Shown here in pieces: positions 37,567 to 49,358 of a stretch of DNA of 64,000 nt. Below the pieces are notes generated by a model. The model ran no database searches and was not told the DNA's origin. It saw nothing but the letters and a program-made list of their open reading frames with translations. Numbering within the stretch: position 1 is the stretch's first letter; each line of letters begins with the position of its first letter. Source of the DNA: Mycobacteriales bacterium (GTDB lineage: Bacteria; Actinomycetota; Actinomycetes; JAFAQI01); contig DATAUK010000015.1 in the NCBI GenBank assembly GCA_036268295.1, positions 9,527-73,526 on the forward strand, in the 5' to 3' direction. A program made the translations under genes and the position numbers.

Positions 37567-38363
37567 TGCGCGGTGCCTTCACCTGGGATCCGGCGCAGTA
37601 TGTCCGGTACGCCGACCAGCGCGGCCGGCCGTTCGAGGAGCTCGTCGCGCGGATCGGCATCGAGGCGCCGCAGCGGATCGTCGACCTCGGGTGCGGGCCG
37701 GGCTCGCTGACCCGGACGCTGGCCGATCGCTGGCCGGGCGCCACCGTCACCGGCATCGACAGCTCGCCCGCCATGATCGCCTCGGCAGCCGAGCACGCCG
37801 AGCCGGGCCGGATCGAGTTCGCCTGCGCCGACCTGCATGACTGGCACCCGGGGTCCGCGGTGGACATCGTCATCGGCAACGCGGTGCTGCAGTGGGTGCC
37901 GGGTCATCGCCAGCTGCTTGCCGGATTCGCCGGCTGGCTGGCGCCGGGTGGAGCGTTGGCGTTCCAGGTGCCGGATAACTTTTCCGAGCCGTCCCACACC
38001 GTCATCCGCGAGCTGCGGCTCTTACCACGCTGGCGCGACCGGCTCGGTCAGGGCGCCGATCGCAGCGTCGCAGTCGAGACGCCGGAGACCTATCTCGAGG
38101 CGCTCGTCGATGCCGGGCTCGAACCGGACGTCTGGCAGAGGACGTACCTGCATGTGTTGACCGGCGATGACCCCGTCTTGGACTGGGTCAAGGGCACTGC
38201 GCTTCGGCCGGTGCTCGATGCCCTGGCCGGCGACCAGGCCGCGACACGGGAGTTTCTCGCCGAGTGCGGCGCACGGCTTCGCGAGGTCTACCCGGCTCAG
38301 GAGTACGGCACGGTGTTTCCGTTCCGGCGCACGTTCGCGGTCGGGCACCGCAGGGCGGCATAG
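37566..38363 (+). CDS. tam: Trans-aconitate 2-methyltransferase
   Basis: WDPAQY..YADQRGRPF, VDLGCGPG, GNAVLQWVP, WVKGTALRPVL, FPFRRTF; TGATG overlap with ettA. Confidence 0.9.
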   Translation: MRGAFTWDPAQYVRYADQRGRPFEELVARIGIEAPQRIVDLGCGPGSLTRTLADRWPGATVTGIDSSPAMIASAAEHAEPGRIEFACADLHDWHPGSAVDIVIGNAVLQWVPGHRQLLAGFAGWLAPGGALAFQVPDNFSEPSHTVIRELRLLPRWRDRLGQGADRSVAVETPETYLEALVDAGLEPDVWQRTYLHVLTGDDPVLDWVKGTALRPVLDALAGDQAATREFLAECGARLREVYPAQEYGTVFPFRRTFAVGHRRAA

Positions 38364-39172
38364 TGCGAGGCCGCGCCGGTCTCGCGGCGCTGATGGCCGG
38401 TGTCGCGATCCTGACGACCGCGTCCGCGGTCGCGGCGGGCGGCAACGTACCCGGCCGGCAGAGCCGGACCAGCGACGTCGCTACCGCCGGCGGTGACATC
38501 TATCTGTGGAGTACGCATCGCTCGGTGAAGCACGGCGGCGGATGCACGCTGTCGTTCGCGGTGCGGACCGCGACCACGCATCGGTCCGGCACGCTCACCG
38601 CCGGCCACTGCGTCGCGACGCTGACCGGCGGCCCGCCGTACGTCGTCGACCAGACCCGGGCCGGCGCGCACAACACCACCGATCCCGGGGATCGGCTCGG
38701 CGTGGTCGCTGCCGGCGACTTCCGGTTGGGAAAGCACGGCGACAGCGCGTTCATGGCGCTGGCGGCAAGGCGCGGCCTCACCGCGACGATCTTCACCGGT
38801 GGCGCGACCACCACGACGACGATTCCGGTCGGCGGCCTCGCTCGGCTGCACGCCGGTCTGCACGTCTGTTACTCCGGCGCGGCCTCAGGTGAGCACTGCG
38901 GTTTTACCGTGGTCGGCTCGGGGGCGACCGTGACCTTCCCCGAAGGCCACCACACCTACCGGATCCATCACGAGTGGCGGGCGACGGCGCGAAGCTGCCC
39001 GTCGCGGCCCGGTGACTCCGGCTCGCCGGTCTATTTCAAGCGCCACGGCCGGGCGTACGCCGTGGGGATCCTTTCCGGCGGCCAGAAGCACTCCGGCCGC
39101 TGCCCGTTCTTCTTCACCCCGATACGACTCGCGCTCTCGCAACTGCACTTACAGCTGTTTACGGCGAGTTGA
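38363..39172 (+). CDS. Secreted S1 (chymotrypsin-clan, alpha-lytic-like) serine protease
   Basis: Signal peptide; GCTLSF, LTAGHC (His 38606), DSAF (Asp 38741), GDSGSP (Ser 39017). Confidence 0.82.
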   Translation: MRGRAGLAALMAGVAILTTASAVAAGGNVPGRQSRTSDVATAGGDIYLWSTHRSVKHGGGCTLSFAVRTATTHRSGTLTAGHCVATLTGGPPYVVDQTRAGAHNTTDPGDRLGVVAAGDFRLGKHGDSAFMALAARRGLTATIFTGGATTTTTIPVGGLARLHAGLHVCYSGAASGEHCGFTVVGSGATVTFPEGHHTYRIHHEWRATARSCPSRPGDSGSPVYFKRHGRAYAVGILSGGQKHSGRCPFFFTPIRLALSQLHLQLFTAS

Positions 39173-39593
39173 CAAGCGTGGTCGCTGCGTTGGTGAGGTA
39201 GGCCCACATCACTTCGTCGGCGGCCGGCGGGAGTGCCACGTCGTCGAGAGCGGCGCGCATATGGCCGAGCCAGACGTCTCTCGCCGTGACGTCGATGACG
39301 AACTCGGCATGCCGCATCCGCAGCCGAGGGTGGCCTCGCAGCTCCGAGTAGGTGTGCGGTCCGCCCCAGTACTGCTCGAGGAACATCAGCAAGCGCTGGG
39401 CCGCCGCAGCCCAGTCGTGATCGGGATAGATCGCGGTCATGACCGGATCCTGTGAGACCCGCGCATAGAAGCCGCTCACGATCGCCTCGAAGGTGTCGTG
39501 GCCGCCGACCGAGTCGTAGAACGTCGGGGCGGAATCGGTGCCGTCGATCGAGATCGGCTGCGGACCTGGTGGCTGCACCACACCATCCTGCAT
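39159..39593 (-). CDS. glbO: Group II truncated hemoglobin
   Basis: FYDSVGG, FY..V..DP, FLEQYWGGP..Y...RGHPRLRMRH; start uncertain (39578 or 39593). Confidence 0.92.
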   Translation of the reverse strand: MQDGVVQPPGPQPISIDGTDSAPTFYDSVGGHDTFEAIVSGFYARVSQDPVMTAIYPDHDWAAAAQRLLMFLEQYWGGPHTYSELRGHPRLRMRHAEFVIDVTARDVWLGHMRAALDDVALPPAADEVMWAYLTNAATTLVNSP

Positions 39594-39670
39594 CACGGTC
39601 GGAGTGGCACTCTCGGTGATGTCACTCGACGCTGCGCCGCGGATCAGGGAGGATAACCCCAGGAGGACGC

Positions 39671-40195
39671 GTGAGCAGTGCGTTGGTGCTGAACGCGACG
39701 TACGAGCCCTTGTGCGTCGTCGCATCTCGCCGTGCGGTCATCCTGGTCCTCACCGGCAAGGCGGTCACGGTCGAGGCGTGCGACACCGAACTGCACAGCG
39801 AGCGGGTCACGCTTCGGGTGCCGATCGTGGTGCGCCTCACTCGGTTCGTGCGGGTGCCCTACCGCGCGGCCGTCCCGCTGACCCGCCGGGCGGTCTTCGC
39901 CCGTGACGGCGGCCGCTGCGTCTACTGCCGGGCGCCGGCGACGAGTATCGACCACGTGCAGCCGCGCAGCCGTGGCGGCATGCATGTCTGGGAGAACGTG
40001 GTGTCCTGTTGCCGCCGCTGCAACCACACGAAGGCCGACCGGGTGATCACCGAGCTGGGCTGGCGGATGCCGCGCCAACCGGAGGCGCCGACCGGGGTGG
40101 CCTGGCGGGTGCTGGGCGCCGGACGGATGGATCCGCAGTGGCGTCCCTACCTCGCCGACCCGGCGATCGACGACGTGGAGCAGATCACCGCGTAG
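39671..40195 (+). CDS. HNH endonuclease (conserved actinobacterial Rv2469c-like family)
   Basis: ALVLNATYEPL, RCVYC, SIDHVQPRSRGG, WENVVSCCRRCNHTK. Confidence 0.92.
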   Translation: MSSALVLNATYEPLCVVASRRAVILVLTGKAVTVEACDTELHSERVTLRVPIVVRLTRFVRVPYRAAVPLTRRAVFARDGGRCVYCRAPATSIDHVQPRSRGGMHVWENVVSCCRRCNHTKADRVITELGWRMPRQPEAPTGVAWRVLGAGRMDPQWRPYLADPAIDDVEQITA

Positions 40196-40252
40196 GACGT
40201 GACCGGACGCGGCCTGACCGGAATCCGCAGGACTAGGCCGTACCCTCGATCC

Positions 40253-40909
40253 GTGAACACCCGCCTTGTGGTTCTCGGTCTCGGCGTCGTGGCCCTGGTG
40301 GCCGGATGCGGCTCCGGCTCGTCGAGCGGAGGTGGCGCCGCGCAGTCTCCGTCCGCAGCGGCCAGCACGCCCGCGCCGACGCCGACACACTCCGATCACC
40401 ATCACTCGGCGTCAGCGTCAGCGTCAGCGTCGGCATCGTCCTCGCCGAGCCCGACCGCGACCGTGACGGTGACCACAGCGCCGGCCGTTCAGCGCTGCTT
40501 CTCGATCCACCTTGCACTCTCGCTCGGGGTGAGCCAGGGCACAGCCGGTACGTCGTACCAGACCATCGTGTTCACCAACACCGGCACCGTGCCGTGCACG
40601 TTGATCGGCTATCCGGGGGTCTCCTTCGACAACACCGAGGGTGCGCTGATCGGCAAGCCTTCGACCGAGGACGCCGGCAAGCGCAAGCTCGTCAAACTTG
40701 CGGTCGGCGGTCAGGCGAACGCCCTGCTTCGCCAGCCCGACTCGGGGAACTTCTCGAAGTCAGCCTGTCACCCGAAGACGGCGTACGAGCTGCGGGTCTA
40801 CCCGCCGGGAGAGACTGTGCCGCTGTTCGTCAAGGATGCCGCCAAGGTCTGCTCGACCGGTGCGGGACGCTCTGGGGTCCGCCCGGTCGCGGCCGGCAGT
40901 GGCGGTTAA
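40253..40909 (+). CDS. DUF4232-domain lipoprotein
   Basis: Lipobox LVAGC, Ser/Ala/Pro linker, FTNTGTVPCTLIGYPGVSF, LRVYPPGET. Confidence 0.85.
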   Translation: MNTRLVVLGLGVVALVAGCGSGSSSGGGAAQSPSAAASTPAPTPTHSDHHHSASASASASASSSPSPTATVTVTTAPAVQRCFSIHLALSLGVSQGTAGTSYQTIVFTNTGTVPCTLIGYPGVSFDNTEGALIGKPSTEDAGKRKLVKLAVGGQANALLRQPDSGNFSKSACHPKTAYELRVYPPGETVPLFVKDAAKVCSTGAGRSGVRPVAAGSGG

Positions 40910-40912
40910 CCG

Positions 40913-42325
40913 GTGGGCGAGCTCCACGATCTGACGCTGCTCGAGCAAGCCGAGGCGATCCGCACCAAGACCGTCTCGCCGGTCGAGATCGCCGAGCACT
41001 ACCTCGGTCGGATCGATCGCATCAACGACTCGGTCGGTGCCTTCGTTACGGTCACTCCCGAGCTGGCGCTCGAGGCGGCCCGACGGGCCGAACAGGCCGT
41101 TGCCGACGGTGACCACCTGCCGCCGCTGCACGGGGTGCCGACCGCGGTCAAGGACCTCAACCTCACCGCGGGGGTGCCGACTCGATTCGGTACGGCGGCG
41201 TGGGAGCCGCTCGACCTCGGCATCGACGACTTCATGGTCAGCAAGCTCAAAGCCGCTGGGCTGATCTCACTCGGCAAGACCAACACCCCGGAGTTCGGAC
41301 TGCCCTGCTACACCGAGCCCGACATCGCGCCGCCCGCTCGCACGCCTTGGGATCTGGAGCGCTCGGCCGGCGGTTCGAGTGGCGGCGCCGCCGCGGCGAC
41401 CGCGGCCGGGCTGGTGCCTGCGGCACAGGGCAGCGACGGCGGTGGCTCGATCCGGATCCCGTCGAGCCTGTGTGGGCTGTTCGGTATCAAGCCGTCCCGC
41501 GGCCGGGTCTCGAACGCGCCGATCAGCGCGGAGATCAGCGGCCTGTCCACGAACGGCCCGCTGGCAAGGACGGTTCGCGATGCCGCCGCGCTGCTCGACG
41601 CGATGACCGGGCCGGCGCCGAGTGACTGGACCTGGGCGCCGCCACCGGCGACGTCGTTCCTGGCTGCCTGCGACCAGCCGCCGGCCGGCCTCACCATCGG
41701 GCGCTATGCGACTCCGGTGGTCGGCGACGCCGACCCGCATCCGGACTGCATTGCGGCGTACGACGCGGCAACCGCCTTGCTGACCGACCTTGGCCACACC
41801 GTCGTCGATCACGTGCCGACTTTTGCGGCCGATCTGGTCGGAGCGTTCGAGATCGTCTGGGCGATGGAGTTCCTGGCGTTGCCGATCGAGGCGGCCGACG
41901 TGCCAAAACTGCGACCGCTGACCCGCTGGATCAGGGAACGCGGCGAGGCGGTGTCGGGTGCCGAATTTCACCAGGCGCTTGCGACGTTGCGACTGGCAGC
42001 GCGCGCCGAGATCGAGTCGACCCAGATCTATGACGCCGTGCTGACGCCGACCCTTGCGCAGCCACCGCCGCTTGTCGGCCAGCTCCGCAACGACGCCGAC
42101 CCGGCCGAGGATTTCGAGGCGCAGAAACGATTTACGCCGTTCACCGCGCCGTACAACATGTCGGGACAGCCGGCGGTGTCGATGCCGCTGTTCTGGAATG
42201 ATGCCGGCCTGCCGATCGGAATTCAGCTGATCGGACGGCCGTGTGATGAGCTCATGCTGGTCCGGCTCGCCGCCCAGCTCGAGGCTGCCATGCCGTGGAC
42301 ACACCGCCGACCGGCCTGCTGGTAG
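40913..42325 (+). CDS. Amidase signature family enzyme
   Basis: LHGVPTAVKDL, GKTNTPEFG, GGSSGG, GSDGGGSIRIP, GLPIGIQL. Confidence 0.93.
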   Translation: MGELHDLTLLEQAEAIRTKTVSPVEIAEHYLGRIDRINDSVGAFVTVTPELALEAARRAEQAVADGDHLPPLHGVPTAVKDLNLTAGVPTRFGTAAWEPLDLGIDDFMVSKLKAAGLISLGKTNTPEFGLPCYTEPDIAPPARTPWDLERSAGGSSGGAAAATAAGLVPAAQGSDGGGSIRIPSSLCGLFGIKPSRGRVSNAPISAEISGLSTNGPLARTVRDAAALLDAMTGPAPSDWTWAPPPATSFLAACDQPPAGLTIGRYATPVVGDADPHPDCIAAYDAATALLTDLGHTVVDHVPTFAADLVGAFEIVWAMEFLALPIEAADVPKLRPLTRWIRERGEAVSGAEFHQALATLRLAARAEIESTQIYDAVLTPTLAQPPPLVGQLRNDADPAEDFEAQKRFTPFTAPYNMSGQPAVSMPLFWNDAGLPIGIQLIGRPCDELMLVRLAAQLEAAMPWTHRRPACW

Positions 42326-42358
42326 CCGGGTGTGGCGAATTCGATAGGTTCACCGGTT

Positions 42359-42706
42359 GTGAGAACTCGTTTGGTGAAGCGGTTCGCCGTCATCGCGACC
42401 GGCGCCGCGGTGTCCGTCCTCGTCACTGCCGGACCAGTGCTGGCCGGCACGAAGCCCGATGACGGGGAGGGACATGGTCACCCGCTCGGCCTCGGCAACA
42501 CCCTCCTGCTGTTCGTCGTGGTGCCGGTAGCAGCGTCTCTGCTGATCTCCGCCCTCGCCGTCCTGCCGTCCTCGCTGTCGAAACCGCGTTACCGCCCAGG
42601 CAAGCCGTGGGACCACGAGCCGCTTTGGATCGGCGGCCCGAGCGAATCACAGGCCGTCGCTCCCACTGACACCAATGCACGAGGTGGCGCCAGTGCCGAG
42701 TGGTGA
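42359..42706 (+). CDS. CtaJ-like membrane protein with N-terminal signal-like extension
   Basis: TM, then YRPGKPWDHEPLW and terminal GGASAEW matching the CtaJ pattern; overlaps DUF5130 start; start approximate. Confidence 0.68.
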   Translation: MRTRLVKRFAVIATGAAVSVLVTAGPVLAGTKPDDGEGHGHPLGLGNTLLLFVVVPVAASLLISALAVLPSSLSKPRYRPGKPWDHEPLWIGGPSESQAVAPTDTNARGGASAEW

Positions 42707-43076
42707 GGCATTCACCCACGATCAGATCCGCGACATCGAACGGGTGGTGGAGACCGCCAACGATCAGACCGGACTGGTCTTCTCGGTATGTATCGGCGGC
42801 GCCGACGGTGACATCCGCGACGAGGCCGAGCGGCTGCATGCCGCGCTCGGCCCGTCGGCTTCCGACGCGGTCCTGGTGGTCATCTCGCCGGGGGACCGGC
42901 TGCTGGAGATCGTCACCGGTGAGCAGTCCGCGCGTCGACTCTCCGACCGGGCCTGCGCGCTTGCTGCGCTGTCGATGACTACGTCGTTCGCCGGTGGCGA
43001 TCTGGTCGGCGGCATCGTCACCGGGGTTCGCATGATGGCCGAGGCAACCAGCAAGTCCGCCACTGCGCCACGCTGA
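42693..43076 (+). CDS. DUF5130 / TPM-like protein (CtaI-like)
   Basis: FTHDQI, TGLVFSVCIG, AVLVVISPG.RLLEIVTG, MTTSFAGGDLVGGIVTG. Confidence 0.85.
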   Translation: MPSGEAFTHDQIRDIERVVETANDQTGLVFSVCIGGADGDIRDEAERLHAALGPSASDAVLVVISPGDRLLEIVTGEQSARRLSDRACALAALSMTTSFAGGDLVGGIVTGVRMMAEATSKSATAPR

Positions 43077-43119
43077 TCAAACCCGTTCTTCGCGCTCGCC
43101 CGATGGGAGAGTGTGACGG

Positions 43120-44319
43120 GTGAGGGCAAAGTCGACGTCCCCAACCAAGCGCGCGGCGCCGGCCAAGCGAACCGCCGCAGCCAAGCGCTCAGCGCCAGCC
43201 GGACGCACCGCAACTGCTACGGCTGGGGCCTCGCCGATGCCGGTACCGGCGCTGCTGCGCGATCTCGCCGGCTGGGCCTGGCGGGTGCTGGTCCTGCTCC
43301 TCGCGGCGTACCTGCTGCTGCGGTTCCTCGACCTGTTCTACCTGATCATCCTGCCGTTCTTCGCGGCGATGTTCGCCACGTCGCTGGCCTATCCAGCGGT
43401 CCGGTTGCTGCGAAACCACGGCTTCAGCCGGCTGTGGTCGACCTGGGTCAGCATGCTGATCGCCTTGATCGTCTTGACCGGGGTCGCGGTCTTCGTGGTT
43501 GACCGAGCGGTGTCCCAATATCCTGCTCTCGTCACGCAGTTCTCAGCGGCGGTCACGAACTTCCGCCACTTCCTGACCCACGATCTGCACGTCAAGTCCT
43601 CGTCGACGGCGGGCATCGGCAACACGATCACGACCTACCTCACCAAGCACCAGTCAGCGGTCGCCGCTGGAGCGCTGTCCGGGATCACCACGGTCGCGGA
43701 GATCCTCGCGGGGGCGCTGCTGTGGTTCTTCATGACGTTCTTCCTGCTCTACGACGGGGACGCCATCTGGGGCTGGGTGGTCGGCCTGTTTCCCGTGACC
43801 GCCCGTGACCGAGTGGTCGGCGCCGGCCTGCAGGCGTGGGACCGGCTGGCCGGGTTCGTCCGCGGCACGTTCATCATCGCGGTGATCCATGCCGTCGTCG
43901 CTGCGGTGACGCTGAGCATTCTGCGGGTGCCGCTGGTCGCGCCGTTAACCCTGCTGATCTTCATCGGCAGCTTCTTGCCGATCGTCGGCTCCGCTATCTT
44001 CGGCTCACTCGCGGTCGCGATCACGCTGGTGGCCCGCGGCACAGTGTTCGGCGCGATCCTCGCGGCCGTGCTCATCGTCGACAACCAGATCGAGGCGCAC
44101 TATCTCCAGCCGATCCTCGTCGGTCGGTACGTCCGGCTGCATCCGCTTGCGGTCGCGGTGTCGATCGCGGCCGGCGCGGTGCTGGCCGGGATCGCCGGCG
44201 CGGTGATCGCGGTGCCGTTCGTCGCAGTGGTCTACGCCGTACTCCGCTATCTCGCAGTCGGCGAGGACGAACCGGCCGAGGAAGCCACGTCGGACAAACT
44301 GGTCCCCGAAACCCCCTAA
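43120..44319 (+). CDS. AI-2E family transporter
   Basis: FFLLYDG, FVRGT, SFLPIVG, NQIEAHYLQP, LHPLAV. Confidence 0.92.
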   Translation: MRAKSTSPTKRAAPAKRTAAAKRSAPAGRTATATAGASPMPVPALLRDLAGWAWRVLVLLLAAYLLLRFLDLFYLIILPFFAAMFATSLAYPAVRLLRNHGFSRLWSTWVSMLIALIVLTGVAVFVVDRAVSQYPALVTQFSAAVTNFRHFLTHDLHVKSSSTAGIGNTITTYLTKHQSAVAAGALSGITTVAEILAGALLWFFMTFFLLYDGDAIWGWVVGLFPVTARDRVVGAGLQAWDRLAGFVRGTFIIAVIHAVVAAVTLSILRVPLVAPLTLLIFIGSFLPIVGSAIFGSLAVAITLVARGTVFGAILAAVLIVDNQIEAHYLQPILVGRYVRLHPLAVAVSIAAGAVLAGIAGAVIAVPFVAVVYAVLRYLAVGEDEPAEEATSDKLVPETP

Positions 44320-44321
44320 CC

Positions 44322-44425
44322 CCGCGCATGTGCCATTGGTGGGCCTATGGCACCACGCATGGCACATCGGTGGGCATATAGCTCCACGCATGGCACATCG
44401 GTGGGCCTAGCCCCACCAATGGCAC
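44322..44425. repeat. REP-like intergenic array: three 23-bp units at 31-bp period, bounded by 14-bp inverted repeats
   Basis: CCACGCATGGCACATCGGTGGGC at 44353 and 44384 (identical), variant at 44322; 44330-44343 is the exact reverse complement of 44412-44425. Confidence 0.85.
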
Positions 44426-44556
44426 GTCAATCTCTGGTTGTCGGCGCCGATAGGCTGGGTGATGCGGCGTTCGTCCACTGCGGATCGTACGGCGCTGCTC
44501 ATCCACACCTTGGTCACGAATCGGATGAGTCGATGCCGCGCGGTGATGCTGGCCAG

Positions 44557-45556
44557 ATGCGACGACGCAGGCCGCTGGTGGTCGCGATCGCGATCCTGGC
44601 CGTCACGATCGCGTGGCGGTCGTCTGATCGGCACGAGCAGACCGGCCCGGCGATGCTGCCGGTTGCGGCGCCCGCTGCTGCGGCGGGTGATGCGCTGATC
44701 GTCGAGCCCGACGCCGGGATGGCGCCGATCTATGCATTGCTCTCCTCGCCGCGGCACTCGCTCGACATGACGATGTATGAGCTGGTCGACCCGACCGCCG
44801 AGGCGCTGATCGCCGACGACGCGTCGCGCGGGGTGCGGGTGCGGATCGTGCTCGACCACGGCCTCGAGCGCGCGCGAAACACTCCGGCGTATGACTTCCT
44901 TCGCGCGCGCGGGGTCGAGGTTGTCTGGTCGTCCTCGCGGTTCTTCGCCACCCACGAGAAGACCTTCGTGATCGACGACCGCACCGCCGTGGTGTGCTCG
45001 CTCAACCTGACCGATCAGTACTACGCCTCGAGCCGCGATGTCGCGATCGTGGATCGAGACCAGCGTGACGTGTCCGCGGTCGAGGCGGTGTTCGAGGCTG
45101 ACATCGCCAGCCGCCCGATCGGCACACCGGCTGCCGATGACTTGGTCTGGAGCCCGGGTCAGTCCGAGGCCGATCTGCTGGCGCTGATCGCCGGAGCGCG
45201 GCGCACGGTCGCGGTGGAGTCCGAGGAGCTGAGCAGCACTCGGGTGATCGACGCGCTGCTGGCCGCCCTGCACCGCGGCGTCGCGGTATCGATCGCGATG
45301 ACCTACGACCCGGACTGGGGCCGAGCCCTCGACGCGATCGCGGCCGCCGGTGGCCAGGTCAGCGTGATGTACGGCGAGACGCCGCTCTACATCCACGCCA
45401 AGCTGCTGGTGGTCGACGCCGGCACCCCGCACGCCCGGGCGTTCGCCGGCTCGGAGAACCTCTCCGATGCCTCGCTGCTACATGACAGGGAGCTCGGCAT
45501 CATCCTCGCGACGCCGCGTCTCGTCGACCAGGTCGCGGCGGTGGTGTCAGACGACG

Positions 45557-45582
<26 letters not shown>
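44557..45582 (+). CDS. Phospholipase D superfamily protein (two HKD motifs), N-terminal signal/anchor
   Basis: THEKTFVID..CSLN and IHAKLLVVD..GSEN; start approximate (44533 or 44557). Confidence 0.87.
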
Positions 45583-48097
<2,515 letters not shown>

Positions 48098-48166
48098 CCG
48101 CCCGAGTCTGCCACGGTTGGCGGCGGTGGCAACCGTGGTTGTGGATAACGGTCTAGTCTTGTTGCG

Positions 48167-48769
48167 GTGACAACAACTGCTGATTTTTGGTTCGACCCGC
48201 TGTGTCCGTGGGCGTGGATCACCTCCCGCTGGATGCTCGAGGTCGAGAAGGTGCGCGACGTCACCGTCCGCTGGCACGTGATGAGCCTCGCCATCCTCAA
48301 CAGCGGCCGCGACCTCTCCGAGGATTATCAAGAGCTGATGCGTCAGGCGTGGGGTCCGGTGCGGGTGTGCATCGCGGCCGAGCAGGCGCATGGACCCGAG
48401 TCACTGGGCCCGCTCTACACCGCGATGGGCAACCGGTTCCACCTCGAGAAGCTGCCCAAGGACCGGGCGACGATCGAAGCCGCGCTGACCGAGGCCGGCC
48501 TGCCGACCTCGCTCGCCGACGCGATGGACGACACCTCCTACGACGAGGCGCTCGACGCGTCACACCACGCCGGGATGGACCCGGTCGGCATGGACGTCGG
48601 CACGCCGGTCATCCATGTCGATGGGGTGCCGTTCTTCGGACCGGTCGTGACGCCCGCGCCGCGCGGTGAGGTCGCCGCACAGCTTTGGGATGGCGTGGTG
48701 CTCGTCGCCGGAGTGCCCGGCTTCTACGAGCTCAAGCGAACCCGCGAACTCGACCCGATCTTCGACTGA
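48167..48769 (+). CDS. DsbA-family thioredoxin-fold protein (Rv2466c-like)
   Basis: DFWFDPLCPWAWITSRW, VGTPVIH, FFGPVVTPAP, FYELKRTR; divergent from pepN. Confidence 0.9.
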   Translation: MTTTADFWFDPLCPWAWITSRWMLEVEKVRDVTVRWHVMSLAILNSGRDLSEDYQELMRQAWGPVRVCIAAEQAHGPESLGPLYTAMGNRFHLEKLPKDRATIEAALTEAGLPTSLADAMDDTSYDEALDASHHAGMDPVGMDVGTPVIHVDGVPFFGPVVTPAPRGEVAAQLWDGVVLVAGVPGFYELKRTRELDPIFD

Positions 48770-48788
48770 TGGTTCGCCGCCGAGAGCT

Positions 48789-49319
48789 TCACTCGCCGGT
48801 GGCGCCGTCGATCGCCTCGCGAAGCAGGTCGGCATGCCCGTTGTGCCGCGCATACTCCTCGAGCATGTGCAGGTAGATCCAGCGGACGTCGCGGTTGCGG
48901 TCCCGATGGTGGCCGTGGCTCGGTACGACGAGGTCGAGGGACTTCCCGGCGGTCGCGGCACGCGCCGCGACTAGCTCGCTGCGGTAGGCGTCGAGGTCGT
49001 GAGCGGCGTCGGCGTCGGCGATGTCGTCGAAGTCGGCGCCGGTCTGATCCGGATCGTAAGGAAAGTCCAGCTCCTCGCCGTTCGCGTGCATCCGGAACCA
49101 CCACCGCTCGACCTCGGTCATGTGGCGCACGAGACCCAGCAGCGACAGCGCCGAGGGCGGCACCGAGCGCTGCTTGAGCTGGCTCGCGCTCAGCCCGGCG
49201 CACTTAGCGAGCAACGTCCCTCGCTGGTAGTCGATCAGTTGGTCGAGCGCGGTTCGCTCGTCGGCGATCCGCTCCGGCTCGACCCGGTCGATGTTCGGCG
49301 CAGTCCATTGCTCAGCCAT
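48789..49319 (-). CDS. DinB/DUF664 family protein
   Basis: [38 protein letters not shown]. Confidence 0.92.
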   Translation of the reverse strand: MAEQWTAPNIDRVEPERIADERTALDQLIDYQRGTLLAKCAGLSASQLKQRSVPPSALSLLGLVRHMTEVERWWFRMHANGEELDFPYDPDQTGADFDDIADADAAHDLDAYRSELVAARAATAGKSLDLVVPSHGHHRDRNRDVRWIYLHMLEEYARHNGHADLLREAIDGATGE

Positions 49320-49358
49320 GCCTCAGACCTAATCACGAAGCGGATTAGGCTCGCGGTC

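Noticed and set aside
39671-40195. HNH gene as a mobile or defence element
   Set aside because: Syntenic core gene (Rv2469c-like) between glbO and ctaJ/DUF5130
40407-40436. GCGTCA hexamer repeats in the DUF4232 gene
   Set aside because: Encodes an ordinary Ser-Ala linker
44322-44425. Repeat array as a mini-CRISPR
   Set aside because: Spacers are only 6-8 nt and mutually similar; no cas genes or AT-rich leader
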